From the NCBI GenBank assembly GCA_965203295.1, contig CBDBCZ010000012.1:480001-544000 (forward strand): a stretch of DNA of 64,000 nt, given 5' to 3'. The position numbers were made by a program, and so were the translations under genes. The notes beneath the pieces were generated by a model that saw nothing but the letters and a program-made list of their open reading frames with translations, made no database searches and was not told the origin of the DNA. Position 1 is the stretch's first letter. Every line of letters starts with the position of its first letter. The DNA is from Nitrospirales bacterium. GTDB lineage: Bacteria; Nitrospirota; Nitrospiria; Nitrospirales; UBA8639. Below are positions 35,790 through 48,380 of the stretch, piece by piece.

Positions 35790-38700
35790 ATGGCTTCCAT
35801 CCTTGGAGACACCAAGTACTACCAACCAGCTCCCAGGTTTGGGCACTGTGCTGCTCCCATTGGTGATAGGCTCTACATGTGGGGTGGCCTAACTGAGGAC
35901 TTTAGTGAGAGCAGCAGGAGAAAACTACCATCTGTTGTTGAGATATACGACCCCTACCTTGAGGCATGGCAGCAGGAAGCTACCACTGGAGTACCACCAC
36001 CTGCGTTTTATGGTGGAGGGTGTACCTCAGTCCATGAGTCACTGCTATGGTATGGAGGATTGGATGATAAGTCTTGTTTTGGGACTCTTCATCAGCTAAA
36101 CACAGTTACACTCAAGTGGGAGGAGCTTCATCAAAGTACACCTCAGGGTCCCATGGATAAAGTAGGCTGTGGATTAGTCTCATTTCAGGGGGAGAAAGTT
36201 GGACTATTTGGTGGATATGGCATCCCCACTGGCCTCACCCAGCCTGGATCAACATTCACCAAGGATACTATATACTCACATGGTGGTGGGTGGACTAACG
36301 AGTTCCACCTCTTTGACCTCCGGGAAGGTATGCAGTGTGGCATTACAGTAAGCATGCATGCAGCCATTTCTGTATGCATGCAAGTATGCAGTTCACAGTA
36401 TACAGATACAGTACAGTAATTGCATTTAGAATCTTACAGCCCCAGTATCACTGACTCCCAATGTTCATGGTGGCTACCAACTTTTCGATACTATAAAATG
36501 AATATGCAAACATGAGGTGCATAATATGTAAATAAGTGCATAGCCTCCTTTTTCCCACAATAAGTGTGAACAGCTGAGAATGAATATAATACATGCCATT
36601 GACTAATAGTTTGAGCCTTCAACTATCACCATACAGATAGGGTTAACGTTAAAAATTCAAATGTGTGAAGCAAATTGATTATAGGAGGGTTAGATGTGCC
36701 ATCCCAAACAAGTTTTCTGAGACAAAATGTAATCTACATCATTTCTAGGAGAGATTTTGTTTCCTTTTTTGGAGAAAAAGTCTGATCTACCATATAGAAA
36801 TTTTTAAACTGCTGCAATTTTATATTATTACTTATACTATGTACACAAAGTACGTCCCTAATACCACACCCCCAGCCAATACTTTGAGCATGTACATTGT
36901 AATGAAGACAGATTGTTTGAGCATTGTGTATTGTCACCTACTGCAGGTGTGTGGTCCTCCCCTCCCACTACTGGGAGTCGGCCTCCTCCGTGTTCTTACT
37001 TCACATTCACAGCCATAGACTCCCACAGAGGTATTCTATTTGGAGGACGTACAGAACATGGCCGGACAAATGATGTCTACATCATCAATGCACAGACAAT
37101 GGTATGCTTATGTGCAATGCATGTTTATTGTACATTGCACAGTTATTATTGTGGCTGGCACAATACATGTACGTATGTCTGGTGTGTATGAAGTGTTCAA
37201 GAATTAGGGCAGTGTACATGCATGCTTATATTGTTGGCTAGATAGATATAATGTACATGCAGCAAATATAGTAACGTACTGATAGAGTAAGATTGTACTC
37301 CATGACTCTACCAATATGAGTGTCCATAAAGGATTAATTAATGATGAGTCAGTAGAGAAGCTATAGGAAGTTAATTATTTTTTATGGTTGTAATAATGTA
37401 GTGCCCACAAAAGTTTAGTGCATGTCACCTTGTACCATTTTGTAAGACTCTGACCATTGCTTGATTGCTCTCCTCCTCTCAGCACTGGACCAAACTGGAT
37501 AAGTCTGGAGGAGGGCCCTGGCCGGCAGTAAGATCATTGCATGCTGCCTGTTGCCTCAACTACGGGGAGGAGCACCCCCAGCAGCTGGTCAGTGGGGGAG
37601 TGGATGAACATGGCAACACTCTCAGTGACCTCTGGGTCCTAGATGTGGAGGAAGGGACCTGGAAGGAGGTGAGTGTTGTTATAACATCAATATCATTGTA
37701 ATTGAAGTGAACATCAGTGCATGGCACATTGGTGCAGTGATAGTGGGCATAGCCTCGTTTCCAGTCCTTCCCATCCCAGCGAAATAAAAGCTGGGGTGGG
37801 AAGGACTGGGAATGAGGCTATGTGGACACACACCAGAACTTGTGACTTGTTTGGCCTCTGTGGGTTGTAGGATCACAGTAAACTTTGATCAACTTTCTAT
37901 TTACACCTGAGTGTTGTATAATCTGGGCTGACAGAGAGCAAGGTTTTGAGCCAGAACAGCAGTGGAATCACAAAGAGGAACACAGTCAAGGCTCTAGTGG
38001 AAATCTCACATAAGTTTCCACAGTGATTATCATATTATCCAGAACATTTGTTGGGGAATAAGATATGGCATATTGTTCACTATATAAGTGTTTGTTGACT
38101 TAGAGCTAGCGCTAGTGAGCGATTTTAATGATGTTATACACAATATTTCCTAGTCCATCCATTGTAAAGTGGGATCCAGCAATAATTATTTGACATAACA
38201 AACTCGTAGTTTCAGCTGGTCTCAGAAATATATTACAAAAATCACTACTGGCAGGCTGATACAGAGCTGCTGACAGACAAACGTAATTTGTAAAGGGTTT
38301 TGCATAAAGCAAAAATATTATGAGCCTGAATGTTATTTTTCTAGCAAAATTCAAGTGTTTTAATTTTTTTATACAGCTGATACTTCCAGAAGGAGCGCAA
38401 CCTCGAAGGGGACACTCTGCTACTGCTTTCAAGCTGAGTCCTGGCATTGTGGAGGTCACAATGTTTGGGGGATGCCCTAAGTTTGTACCTGGAGGAGATC
38501 CTCAGCAGCAGCCCAAAATATCAGATACTACTGTTGTGAGATTAGGTGAGCAAATTACTGAAGTATCACTTAATAGGATTTCACAATTCAAGACCCAATT
38601 GGGTCACTGTGCGTGTGTGACTGTGACAACATCATTCATATCGAACTTTCATAGCTTATGAATAATTATTAACAAAGTGGGAACAAACCCAGAACTAGCT

Positions 38701-41700
38701 GGTTATGATTTAAACCAATTTCTCAATAGCAGTGATGTTTACCTGCTTGAGCCTTTCAAGTGTATGAAGCTTTTCAGCAGTAATAGGGCTTCTTACAAAC
38801 ACAAACACACACAAAGTCATGCACACACATAGCCTCAATCTCAGGCCACATGTAAATGTTTCAGTGCCTGGGAAAGAGGCTAGCACTCACACTACGACAA
38901 ACGCACTCAGAACTTCAAAAATAGTGGAGTTAAATCTGTGTACTAAGTTTTCAGCTGTTCACTTTAAAACTTCTTGATTAATATTGTCTCTCTATATATC
39001 ACAGAAGCGTGGCCAGGGGGTTTAAGGTCATTTAGTCCCATCCTTATGATTTCAGTTCTAACTCTGCAGTCAGTGCCATTTCTAATGGGAGAAAGGCTTA
39101 AAGATGGATTCATGGTTGAACACAGTTATTACCACCAAAACACCTATACCATCTACCTAAAACTAAGAATGAGCTTTGGTAATGCTGTTTCGAACAGAGG
39201 GTCAGATTGGAGCACTCTGTGATTGTCTTTATGGACACAATCACATTTCATGCCATAGCATTTTGTTTCCTGTTGGCAGTAGCTGTTGTTAACTTATGGT
39301 CTAGCCAGAAATACACGTATACGTATGTTTAAGAGCATATAAAAGAAATTTCATTTATGCATTTTTTGGCACATTAGAAAATGTGTTGTAGACGTTTAGA
39401 GCCATTGCTGTATTTCAACATTCTATTGAGAGCATTTAATTCTCAACCCCTAGTCCTGCTTTAATGAGCTATGGGTTTTGAATCAAAGGACTCTTGCTTT
39501 TCATTGGCTGACTTGCTATAATGCTTGAAATCAAACTTTTCATTGTCTTGGCAAGTTGCAGATTGATGTAAAGATTAGTTACTTTTATCAGATTGTGCCC
39601 TGTAAACTACAGCATTTATAGGCTACCAAGAGTAATTTTTGGGTTTTTCGATAATAAATTGATTGGTCTATATACATGTATTTCTGGCACACATTAATAT
39701 TTTCAGAGAGCTTAGCTTCTGGAGGTGCAGAGTGGGCAGTGGAAGGTGTGGCTAAAGATGAGCAGCTGGGATCACCTGAGAGAATCAGAGAAAAAATTCA
39801 AGTGAAAACCGCAATGGTAGTGTCTTCTGAGTTGGCCGGTGAGAGAGAGAATGTAAGGAAGGCTGAGAGCAAAATCACTGAGCTGGAAAAAATGGTGGAG
39901 TCTGCAGAAACACGGGTGAGAATTGCTCTAGCTAGAGCTGTGAGTGCTGAGATACAATGTGATAGGATACCACATCTAGTGCAGAAGCTACAGTTCACTC
40001 AAGAGCTCCTACACAGCAAGGAGGAAGAGCTCAAAACCCTTAGCACACAGTTCCGGGCCACACATGAAGTAGTACACACTCAGGAACAATTCTCCGCTCA
40101 GCAGCGAGATCTCAGTCATTTGCAGTACACTGCACAGCAAAGAGAAGAGCAATTACAAGCAAAAGTACAGTCAACTCAACAACTACTACAAAACAAAAAG
40201 GAAGAGCTCATAGCCCTTACCATACAGTGTAGGACCACACATGATACATTATTACACACTCAGAAACAATTGCAAGCAAGAGTACAAGAAAATGCAGCTC
40301 TACACACACACAATCAGACGCTAGAAAGCCAGGTAGAAACTCTCCAAAATGAAATAGCACAGCTGGAGAGAACAATGCAAGCCACACAGGTAGCTTTGGG
40401 GCACATACCTTTGTCTAAAGAACACTCGCTAGCAGAAGTGGCCCAGATCTCAGTTCAGCCAAAGACAGTATCCGTATGTCAGGCGGGTGTGCAGACTGGG
40501 GCAGTTGGTACACTTCATTCAGCAGAACTGCAAATGCAACATGCGGAACTCCAACAGAGGGTTACAGACCTAGAAGAAGAACTCGCTAAGGAAGCATTTT
40601 TAGAAACTGCACTTGGCTACGAAGTTGATGCATTTCGTGAAGATGTGATGGGCAGACAGCAAATTCAATTCCATGACATCTCTACACAAACGGTGGTAGA
40701 TGGTAACTGTATACCTGGAACTAGCCCTACAGGTAAACAGGAACCTTGTATTATTATGTTGTATATGTATTAGATTATACCACTTCTCCCCCTACATATA
40801 GGTTTCCTGAGAGGGGCTGAAGTGGTTGCAGAGAGAGACTTTGTCATCACTAACCAAGCCCGGAGCTACTGCTGGGATGAGTATGGGTTCAGACTGCATG
40901 TCCCAAAGGAGAGCCTTGATGTAGGACTGAGTGAAACTGCCATTAACGTGCGAGTTAGCCTCTCTGGCTACTTTCAGCTCCCAGCTGACTCAGAGTTAGT
41001 CAGTGCAGTGTACTGGGTGTTCAGCCCACACATGTTCTCCCAGCCGCTCACTGTAGAAGTCCAACACTGTGCATCTCCTAGCCAGTGCTCCAACCTTAGC
41101 TTCGTACGCACCAGGTGTACCCAGAAAAGGCTGCCATATCAGTTCAATGAACTTGAAGGAGGGGTCTTCAGTCGAAGCTTCTATGGAAGTATATCAGTCA
41201 ACCACTTTTCTGGGCTTGGAATTGCCAAGAGAAAACGTCCAAGATCAGAATCAAGTGAAAGTGATAGTGGTACTGATGAGGAGCAGTATTGTGCTTCCCT
41301 TTACAAACAGAAAAAAGGGAAAGGCCAGTACCGTCTCCACTTTGTTGTTACAAAAGACCTAAAAGCCCATCGAACGGTAAGAACTTTTTACCCTAAAGTA
41401 GCTATGTATCTAATGTGAAATGGTATATTAAATAGGTAGTAAAGGAGGAGCTAAGCAACTTGGACACAGTGAAAGATCTATCACTTCACTTCATGGATTA
41501 TAAGGACCAAATTTCTATCATGGTCCCAAGAGATGGAACCATACTGGAGAGTGGATGGAAACTCAAGCCCCTCTACGATCCTGTGGTATGTTCATCATAA
41601 TAAGTGTTCCCTGTACATTTGCTGCTTATATCTGCATTTTTATCACATGACAGATCAAGAAGTGGCGTGTTGATCACTTCAGCTCTGGACAACACCTACC

Positions 41701-42722
41701 AGAGTGTGAATTGAGTCTGCGATTGCTTCCTGATAAACCTTTAACTAGCTTCGAACACGACATTGAACTGCAAGGCACTGCAGATCACCACTACTTCACT
41801 CTTTGTATAGAAGACACAGGTAGCTATGTCTTTTAATGGTTCAATTTTGTAGTATAATGATTACATACCCACCCATGCATACAGATATATTCAGTGGAAG
41901 TGAAAGTGCAAAGCAAAGTGGAGGAAACACACTGCAAACATTCGGTGACTTTTTATAACACTAGCTAACTCCTGGACCATTGACTTATGACACATACAGT
42001 ACATTAATGCATTACTATAAAAACTGACATAGGTTCACATGTAACCATAAGCACTTTGGCAACTTGCATGCTAACTTGTGTCATCACCACGCTATGATCA
42101 CCCTAGAATGTAGCATGTTCTCAGTGATTTCCCTGAAGCCTCACAGTATTACCATTATATTGTAGCACGTAATACTGTGCAATTAATGCAATACCAAAAT
42201 ACATTTTTTGCATGAGATAATTACGAGCTCTGACCATCACCTTTAGTTGAGCTAGACTTGGCACACCTATAGCCCCAAAGACAGGCTATACAGCCTACTG
42301 TTGTAGTATGACCTCCCAAAATATTGACAATTCAATAATGTGACAGTATTTTAATGTACTCATAGATACTATGCATCATTTAATTTTCTTGTACAACAGA
42401 TTCATCTACAGAGCTCTTCGTAAACAAATACCAAGATGGAGTGCAGAGTGCGCCAGAACTGTCGGACTTGATGAACATTGGTGCGAAGATTCCTCACAAG
42501 TGGCAAGAGGTTGGCATTCAACTGGGAGTGGAATACGACCAGCTGAAATTCCTGTCGGTGTCTAGCCCCCCTGGCTCTCAGCAGTTTGCCTCAGTCTTCA
42601 CAGCCTGGAAGAACTGTATGAAGAAGAGCTATACTTGGGTGGTCTTGATTCAAGCCCTTAAGACTCCTGCTGTTAATGAACCTCGGCTTGCTCAAGAGTT
42701 ATCTTCCAAGTTCACCATGTAA
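35790..42722 (+). CDS. Kelch beta-propeller + coiled coil + ZU5-UPA + death domain protein, 1115 aa
   Basis: Exons 35790-36327, 36947-37101, 37483-37668, 38377-38545, 39707-40732, 40802-41376, 41436-41585, 41654-41819, 41885-41944, 42400-42722; 3348 nt, in frame. Kelch blades (PRFGHCAA...LYMWGG, LFGG, PRRGHSATA...MFGG), Q/E-rich coiled coil, ZU5 (YGFRLHVP...ELVSAVYW...LTVEVQHCA), NHFS motif, UPA, and C-terminal DEATH (KWQEVGIQLGV...VFTAWK...YTWVVLIQALKTPAVNEPRLAQEL). Confidence 0.85.
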
Positions 42723-43380
42723 CGACAGGCTAAGCATTAATTTTTTTGATTAAATTTTATGTATACGTCAACCCTTCCATAGTGAATTCTAAGACTAGTT
42801 CCATTGATCCTGGTATTTGGAAAAAATTAATGTGTGTGCACTTTATGTTGTACTTCCATTCATATGTATTATACAGTAATTCTCTGTTATTATAATACAA
42901 TTTCATTGCCGCCTTTGAAACAAATTCAGTAGAGCTAATGATGCCCTATGACAGTCAAACACCGATGCTCAGCAGTCACGCCTGCTCCTGGTAGAACTCC
43001 AGGGTCACCTCATCCTCTCCAATGCTGTCATTCTCCTTCACATGCACCTCCTTTACCTGAGGCAGGACAAAGAACAAGAAACCCTTGCTATGTACAGTGT
43101 CAAGGAAAGGTAGGGTGTACTGAAGATTGCTGACCGGTTTAGTATTGATCAGAGCTAGAGTGGCCCATTCAACAAATTATGTGTTGTTTGCCACTGATAA
43201 AAGTTCAGCACCTTGACTAAAGTAGTACGACAACTGCTTGAGGTGTGTACGGCAACTGCTTTGAGGTTTTGATTATGGGTTTCGCGTAGGCCTATATGCG
43301 AGGCTACGCTTACCGCGCTGCGGCGGCAACTGATTGGTCCACTGCTCAACTCATTAAAATTTATTAAGGCCTCAGGATAA

Positions 43381-43759
43381 ATGGAAGCGAGTCAAGAAGG
43401 CGCCCTTTTGGCTCCTCCAACGGAGTTCAAGCGTATGCTCTCCTGGCAGCTCTCCCAGGTGCAGATCGGCCCCGTCTTCAGCAGAAGTAAGAAGAGCGCA
43501 AAGAAGAGAAAACGGTCGGCAGCGCAGTCTAGTCAGAGAGGAACTGGACAGTGATGGCGACATCCGTGCCTCGATGACGTCACTTCCGGCTTCTATGCAT
43601 ATACATAGTTGTGAACAGTGACGGTGAGGAGGAGGTGTATTACTCCTGCCCCCCCCCCCCCCCTCCCCCAGTCACCGCTGAGCTCTGAGGACAACGAGGT
43701 CGTGGATTACGTCGTTGTGATGGTCGATGCTGAACTGCCACCGCAAGTGAAGAAGCCAG
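43381..43759 (+). pseudogene. Disrupted first exon of an unknown gene (probably spliced to the BC-box exon at 47217)
   Basis: GC-rich coding-like text after a CCAAT-type box (gattgg ~43332): MEASQEG...SKKSAKKRKR, then NSDGEEEVYYSCP and SPLSSEDNEVVDYVVVMVDAELPPQVKKP in shifting frames; ends in a phase-1 donor cca g|gtttgt. Several frameshifts and a poly-C tract. Confidence 0.45.
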
Positions 43760-43781
43760 GTTTGTTCAGATGATATGAGGT

Positions 43782-43990
43782 ATAAACAATGAAAGGCTCT
43801 CTGTATACCAACTTTATTTCAGAAAGAAAGTTTGCCGATGTTTCAACTAGATGCTCTAGTCTTCTTCGGGGCGAAAGTGAAGAAGACTACAGCATCTAGT
43901 GGAAACGTCGTCAAAATTTCTTTCCGAAATAAACAGAGAGCCTTTCATTGTTTATGCAAGAGCCAACTCAGAAGCCCATTCTTCATTTGA
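43782..43990. mobile_element. Head-to-head Penelope-like pLTR palindrome with degenerate hammerhead cores
   Basis: Arms ataaacaatgaaaggctctctg (43782-43803) / cagagagcctttcattgtttat (43934-43955). Inner tgaagaagactacagcatctagtggaaacgtcg is mirrored on the other strand. Confidence 0.6.
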
Positions 43991-44024
43991 TATAGGGTAT
44001 TACTTTAGCACTTTGTTGGAAATA

Positions 44025-45480
44025 TACTTTCCCCACCTGCCTCAATTTCGTTGATCCCCCAATGCGTTCTTATTGTAATTGATGTAAAATTGCAAACTGC
44101 AGATCAAAGCTAAATTCAAACTGTTATCCCCACAAAGAGCAAGTGAGCTTCTTCCGAGTGCTTGCATCACTGACCAGTAACATTACACTGTACAAGTACT
44201 TGCGCTCGCTTCGCTCGCGCAAGTACTTGTGCGTGTTCAACTCACTCACTTTGTACAGAAATGAAAAGTGTGACCTCTATGTGATTTGCATACAGTATAC
44301 GTAGCATCTGCCAATGAAGCAGTGCTTTTGACTAAGCCACATGTCAGTGTCGAAAATTGACTCGTTACAGTGGGGGGTAAGTGTATAGTACGTGTGCACA
44401 CTACATTTCGGCCAAAGCATGTATTATGTAATGTCCATGTAGTATATAGCTATCATATGGAACATGTGGAATGTGGAGCATCTGCCAGTGGCAGTAGCCT
44501 GATCGAGACTTTGACAGTAGTTTTCTGCCTGAGCCATGTGGAGGCAGTAACTCAAAGGAGAGACTGCAAACAATTACAAAACCATACCACATCAGCACAT
44601 GTAGGCGAATGGAACTGACTCCATTTAATGCACATCGTCGTAGTTTGTCTAGCGTAGCAGTTACAGCTGTGCACGGTTTGCACTTACAGGACTATACAAC
44701 CACTAACCTTCGCGCTCGAAGTGCTCATTTGAGGCCATCAAATTCAATTCTACCAATATTAATTTACAGCCAGTTAGAAACTATTTCACGGAATATAATT
44801 TTTGGCAAAGTTTCCAGCTATATGATGACTAATTATTGCATCCCTGTAACTTCAGGTAGAGCTAACCAGTAAATGAGGATCAAACTTGACTGATCGATCA
44901 TTTGGGTAACGACGTAATATCCAGTGTTTGCTTGGCACTATCATGCCTCAGGGGGGTAGGACAAGGTAATGTGTGCATGTCAGCAGTGGTACACTAGACG
45001 CGACACCAATTCTCTTGGAGAGCTTTTTGTGATAGTGGTGCAAAGCTGAAGAACACTCTTTAGGAGTAGCCTGAATTGATTTTGATGGCATGGGTAATGG
45101 GTATGTGTTATGAACCTGGCATGTTGCACTCACTGTTGTTATGTGCTGGAATGTGACCTCCAGACTGCTGTTCTCAAAGACTGGCTGCTGTGCAGCACTG
45201 AGTAAATAGTAACTAATTAGAGGAAGTGTCCTATGAATACGTTAGTAGTTGCTAAACCCACAAGTGTTTTGCCTGTGGGTGGGTTTAAATGGAGCAGCAG
45301 TCACTAGTAGTGGCTACAGTGGGGTATGACCGTCCTTAATATGACAATTTTTGGAGAGCCCAAGGGCTCAATTTATGTGAAATTAGGGCTGATGGGTATG
45401 GGGCTAACAAGTGATTGATTAGTGCTATCAAAGAGCAAGTGAGCTTCTTCCAAGTGCATGCATCACTGACCACTTACACT
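44025..45480. repeat. Rearranged partial copies of tandem-unit segments
   Basis: 44030-44180 matches 47982-48127; 44740-45430 matches 49880-50553; 45429-45470 repeats caaagagcaagtgagcttcttcc. Confidence 0.85.
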
Positions 45481-45733
45481 GCACTGTATTGTGCAAGCTG
45501 GTGGGCTCGTGTATATAAAATGGTAATACAAAGCCACCCCTTTTTTCAAAGTAATAAACAATACATATCAAGAATACTGTGGGACCCTCTATTGTGGACG
45601 TGTTGGGAGTGTCCTGCATAGAGAGTGTGTCCTCATTTCAGGGTTAAATTTATTATCGAGAAAGCATATTTAGGACATAGCAAGTTGTCCTTAATACAGA
45701 AGTGTCCTTATTTTAGGGTTGTGATGGCTGGGT

Positions 45734-46671
45734 ACTACCTTCTTTATTCTATTATTACTCACTATCCAATTTAACCCAAGAAATTGTGATTCTAGGAATT
45801 TATTATGAATCTAATCTAGGCAAGTCCATCACTAATTATTTTAAGCTGAATCCAATCTAACACAAGAGGTGTACAACTCCAGGAAATATACTTTGTAAAT
45901 TGCACTATAAACTATTAGCTAAAACAACTGTTACTCAGTGAAGTCCACAAATGGCTTTGAGCCTTCACTAAATGGCTCTTCTGGGTCTTGCTGCCTATCA
46001 AAATTCTGGTGAAACCTTGAGCCCAGAGGAGGTTGGACACGGTCATGTGACATACGCGTATGCGATTCTCTACGGAGATTTCTGTATAAAAAGCTCTAAA
46101 AAGTTTTCTCGTTAGTCTTTATGCGTATCCCCAAGGAATAGGCATCTTTCGAGAGCTCTTCCGAAGTAGATTCAGAATATCTCGCCAACCCCGTTCAACC
46201 CCTGGGTCATTGCAGAGCTACGGTCGTTTAAATATCTAGCTATCGGCAAGGCGAGACTACATACTGGATTCTATCTAGTAACGGAAAGGTGCTGCCCGTA
46301 TAGGTCCGTTCCAGCCATCTTACAGCAATCTACAGGCTATTGCAGCTTTATAGCGAGCTGTGCTTACCTTCTCAGTGAGCTAATTACATGCTGGAATGCA
46401 GCGTGGAATGTAATAAAGTGCAGCAAAAGGCGTGTGACCGCCACATGTTAATGAATGCGTGTCCAACCTCCTCTGCCTTGAGCCTACCTCTTGAAAAAAC
46501 TGGCTTCTTTCAAAGCGACTAAACCACTCCTTTACAACCACTCCTTTACAACGCATGATCTAATCTAGGGGCAGGAAATTCTATTCCAGTAATTTTCAAT
46601 GAATCTAATTTAGTGCTAACAAAACTGAAATTAATTTATTTGCTTGAGTAATAATGGAATAAAGACACGGT
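45734..46671. mobile_element. ~940-bp TIR element (copy at ~54036-54945)
   Basis: taccttctttattctattattactca ... tgagtaataatggaataaagacacggta. Confidence 0.7.
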
Positions 46672-46716
46672 AAGCTGTAGTTGCATATATTATTATAGGA
46701 CAGTGTACTATAAATG

Positions 46717-46882
46717 CCGTAGATCGGGAAATTTTCACCCATAAAAATGTGTGGCCGTTAGAATTTTTGTTGTTTTGTTTTCATCGTTTCGGCACACCAG
46801 AAGTATATCTATAGTGTTATTGGTCGTCGTTGTAGGGTACTCAAGGAACTTTATTAACGGCTGAAAATTTCCCGATCTGCAG
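46717..46882. mobile_element. Short MITE (copy at ~54987-55152)
   Basis: ccgtagatcgggaaattttca ... tgaaaatttcccgatctgcag. Confidence 0.75.
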
Positions 46883-47048
46883 TAACACAACATACATCTA
46901 AGCTAAGTTTGGGTGTAGCATGCTTATCGTGTTTAGGAGATGCCTGAAAAGAGAATAATTACAGTTGGAATTGGCTGGGCCCTACTGGCAAGTGCTACTA
47001 GCGGGTTTAGTGACTATATAAAGCTTGCCTACTGCTCCTTTGCCAAGG

Positions 47049-47113
47049 GGCTCCAGTAGCTCAGTGGTAAGAGCATCTGATTAGTATGCAGAAGGTCCTA
47101 GGTTCAATCCTCC
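47049..47113 (+). pseudogene. tRNA-derived sequence (SINE head / tRNA pseudogene); second copy 55319-55383
   Basis: A-box tagctcagtggtaagagc and B-box ggttcaatcc, but no pairing 3' acceptor strand and an imperfect anticodon arm. Confidence 0.7.
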
Positions 47114-47216
47114 GTTTTCCTTACTCTCTCAGAAAGCTTATCGTCTCTTGAAGAGTTTGCAATGTAAATTTTAACGTCCTTTGATGTGCCTGTAAACACA
47201 ACTTCTCTGTACGCAG

Positions 47217-47411
47217 GCGGTCGCTCCAAGAAGAGCAAGAAGCGAGCCAAGTACCTTGCCCGACAGGCCGAGGTGGAGCTCTTCCGGCCCCTCTGCGACC
47301 TGGTCGAGGACCGCCTCTCCCTGGAGGTGGGGCAGCTGGAGCTGAGCAGCCAGGCGGAGGTGCCTCCTCTGGTGGAGCTCTGCGTCAGGAAGATACGCAA
47401 GACTGACCTGG
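47217..47411 (+). CDS. Isolated 195-nt phase 1-1 exon with basic stretch and BC-box-like motif
   Basis: cttctctgtacgcag| ... ctg g|gtgggt; strongly GC3-biased codons; GRSKKSKKRAKYLARQ...VPPLVELCVRKI. Confidence 0.6.
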
Positions 47412-48380
47412 GTGGGTGCCCTGGTGCCTGTAGGCTGGTGTGTGTCTCTGTGTCATAGTACTAGTGCTGGTTGGAATTTTCACCAGTCGGTTGTGCATGA
47501 AATCCGTAAATGACTGGTCCTTTGTATATTCCATGTACACGATAATATATTATTGTGGTACACGATACTATGCAACTGTACACCTCTATTAGGCCTAGCA
47601 GATTTAGAGGTTTGGTGGCCGAACTACATCAAGGGAGTTTAGGTTTTGTTACCTAGATGATGGAAAAGTGGTAAATACTTATGAGTTTGAACTACTTAGT
47701 AACTGGAAGCACACAATAAGTAATCGTAACAAGGTGAGTAGTGAGGTACTACATCCTAAGTTCGTAGAATACTTCACTGTTTGTAAATCTTTCTTAATAT
47801 TGGGATACACTCTTTTCCGTATACCACAATAAAGGAATAGAAACAGTGTAGGGTCACTATTATGACAATAGTACATGTATATAGGAGGGAAAGAGTGTAG
47901 AGATACACTGGCTCCCCCCTATGGTATATAGGGGGAACCAGTAACATACATGTATATGTTATAGGAAAGAAAGAGCATTGTTTCCCCACCTGCCTCAATT
48001 TTGTTGTTCCCCCAATGCGTTCTTATTGTAATTGATGTAAAATTGCGAACTGCAGATCATAGCTAAATCTGTTATCCCCACAAAGAGCAAGTGAGCTTCT
48101 TCCAAGTGCATGCATCATGGACCAGTATATTGCGCTGTAACTTGTAGCAAGCCATTTATTAGTTACAGATGAGTGCTCAGGGGTGGCTACCATAGCAATT
48201 AGGTATGGGCCATTGCACACCTCAAAGTCCTAGTGCACATGGTATAGCTGGTAATTGTCTGGCTACTTATACCTTGTTTGAATTATTAATAAGGTGTACT
48301 TGTATAACCCTGATACATGTATACTCCTTAGTAACCCCTAGCGGTTCCTGTGAAGTTGTATGGTAGCCTGCTACAAATAT

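Noticed and set aside
47049..47113. Functional tRNA gene
   Set aside because: No complementary 3' acceptor strand and a poor anticodon stem; treated as a tRNA-derived repeat.
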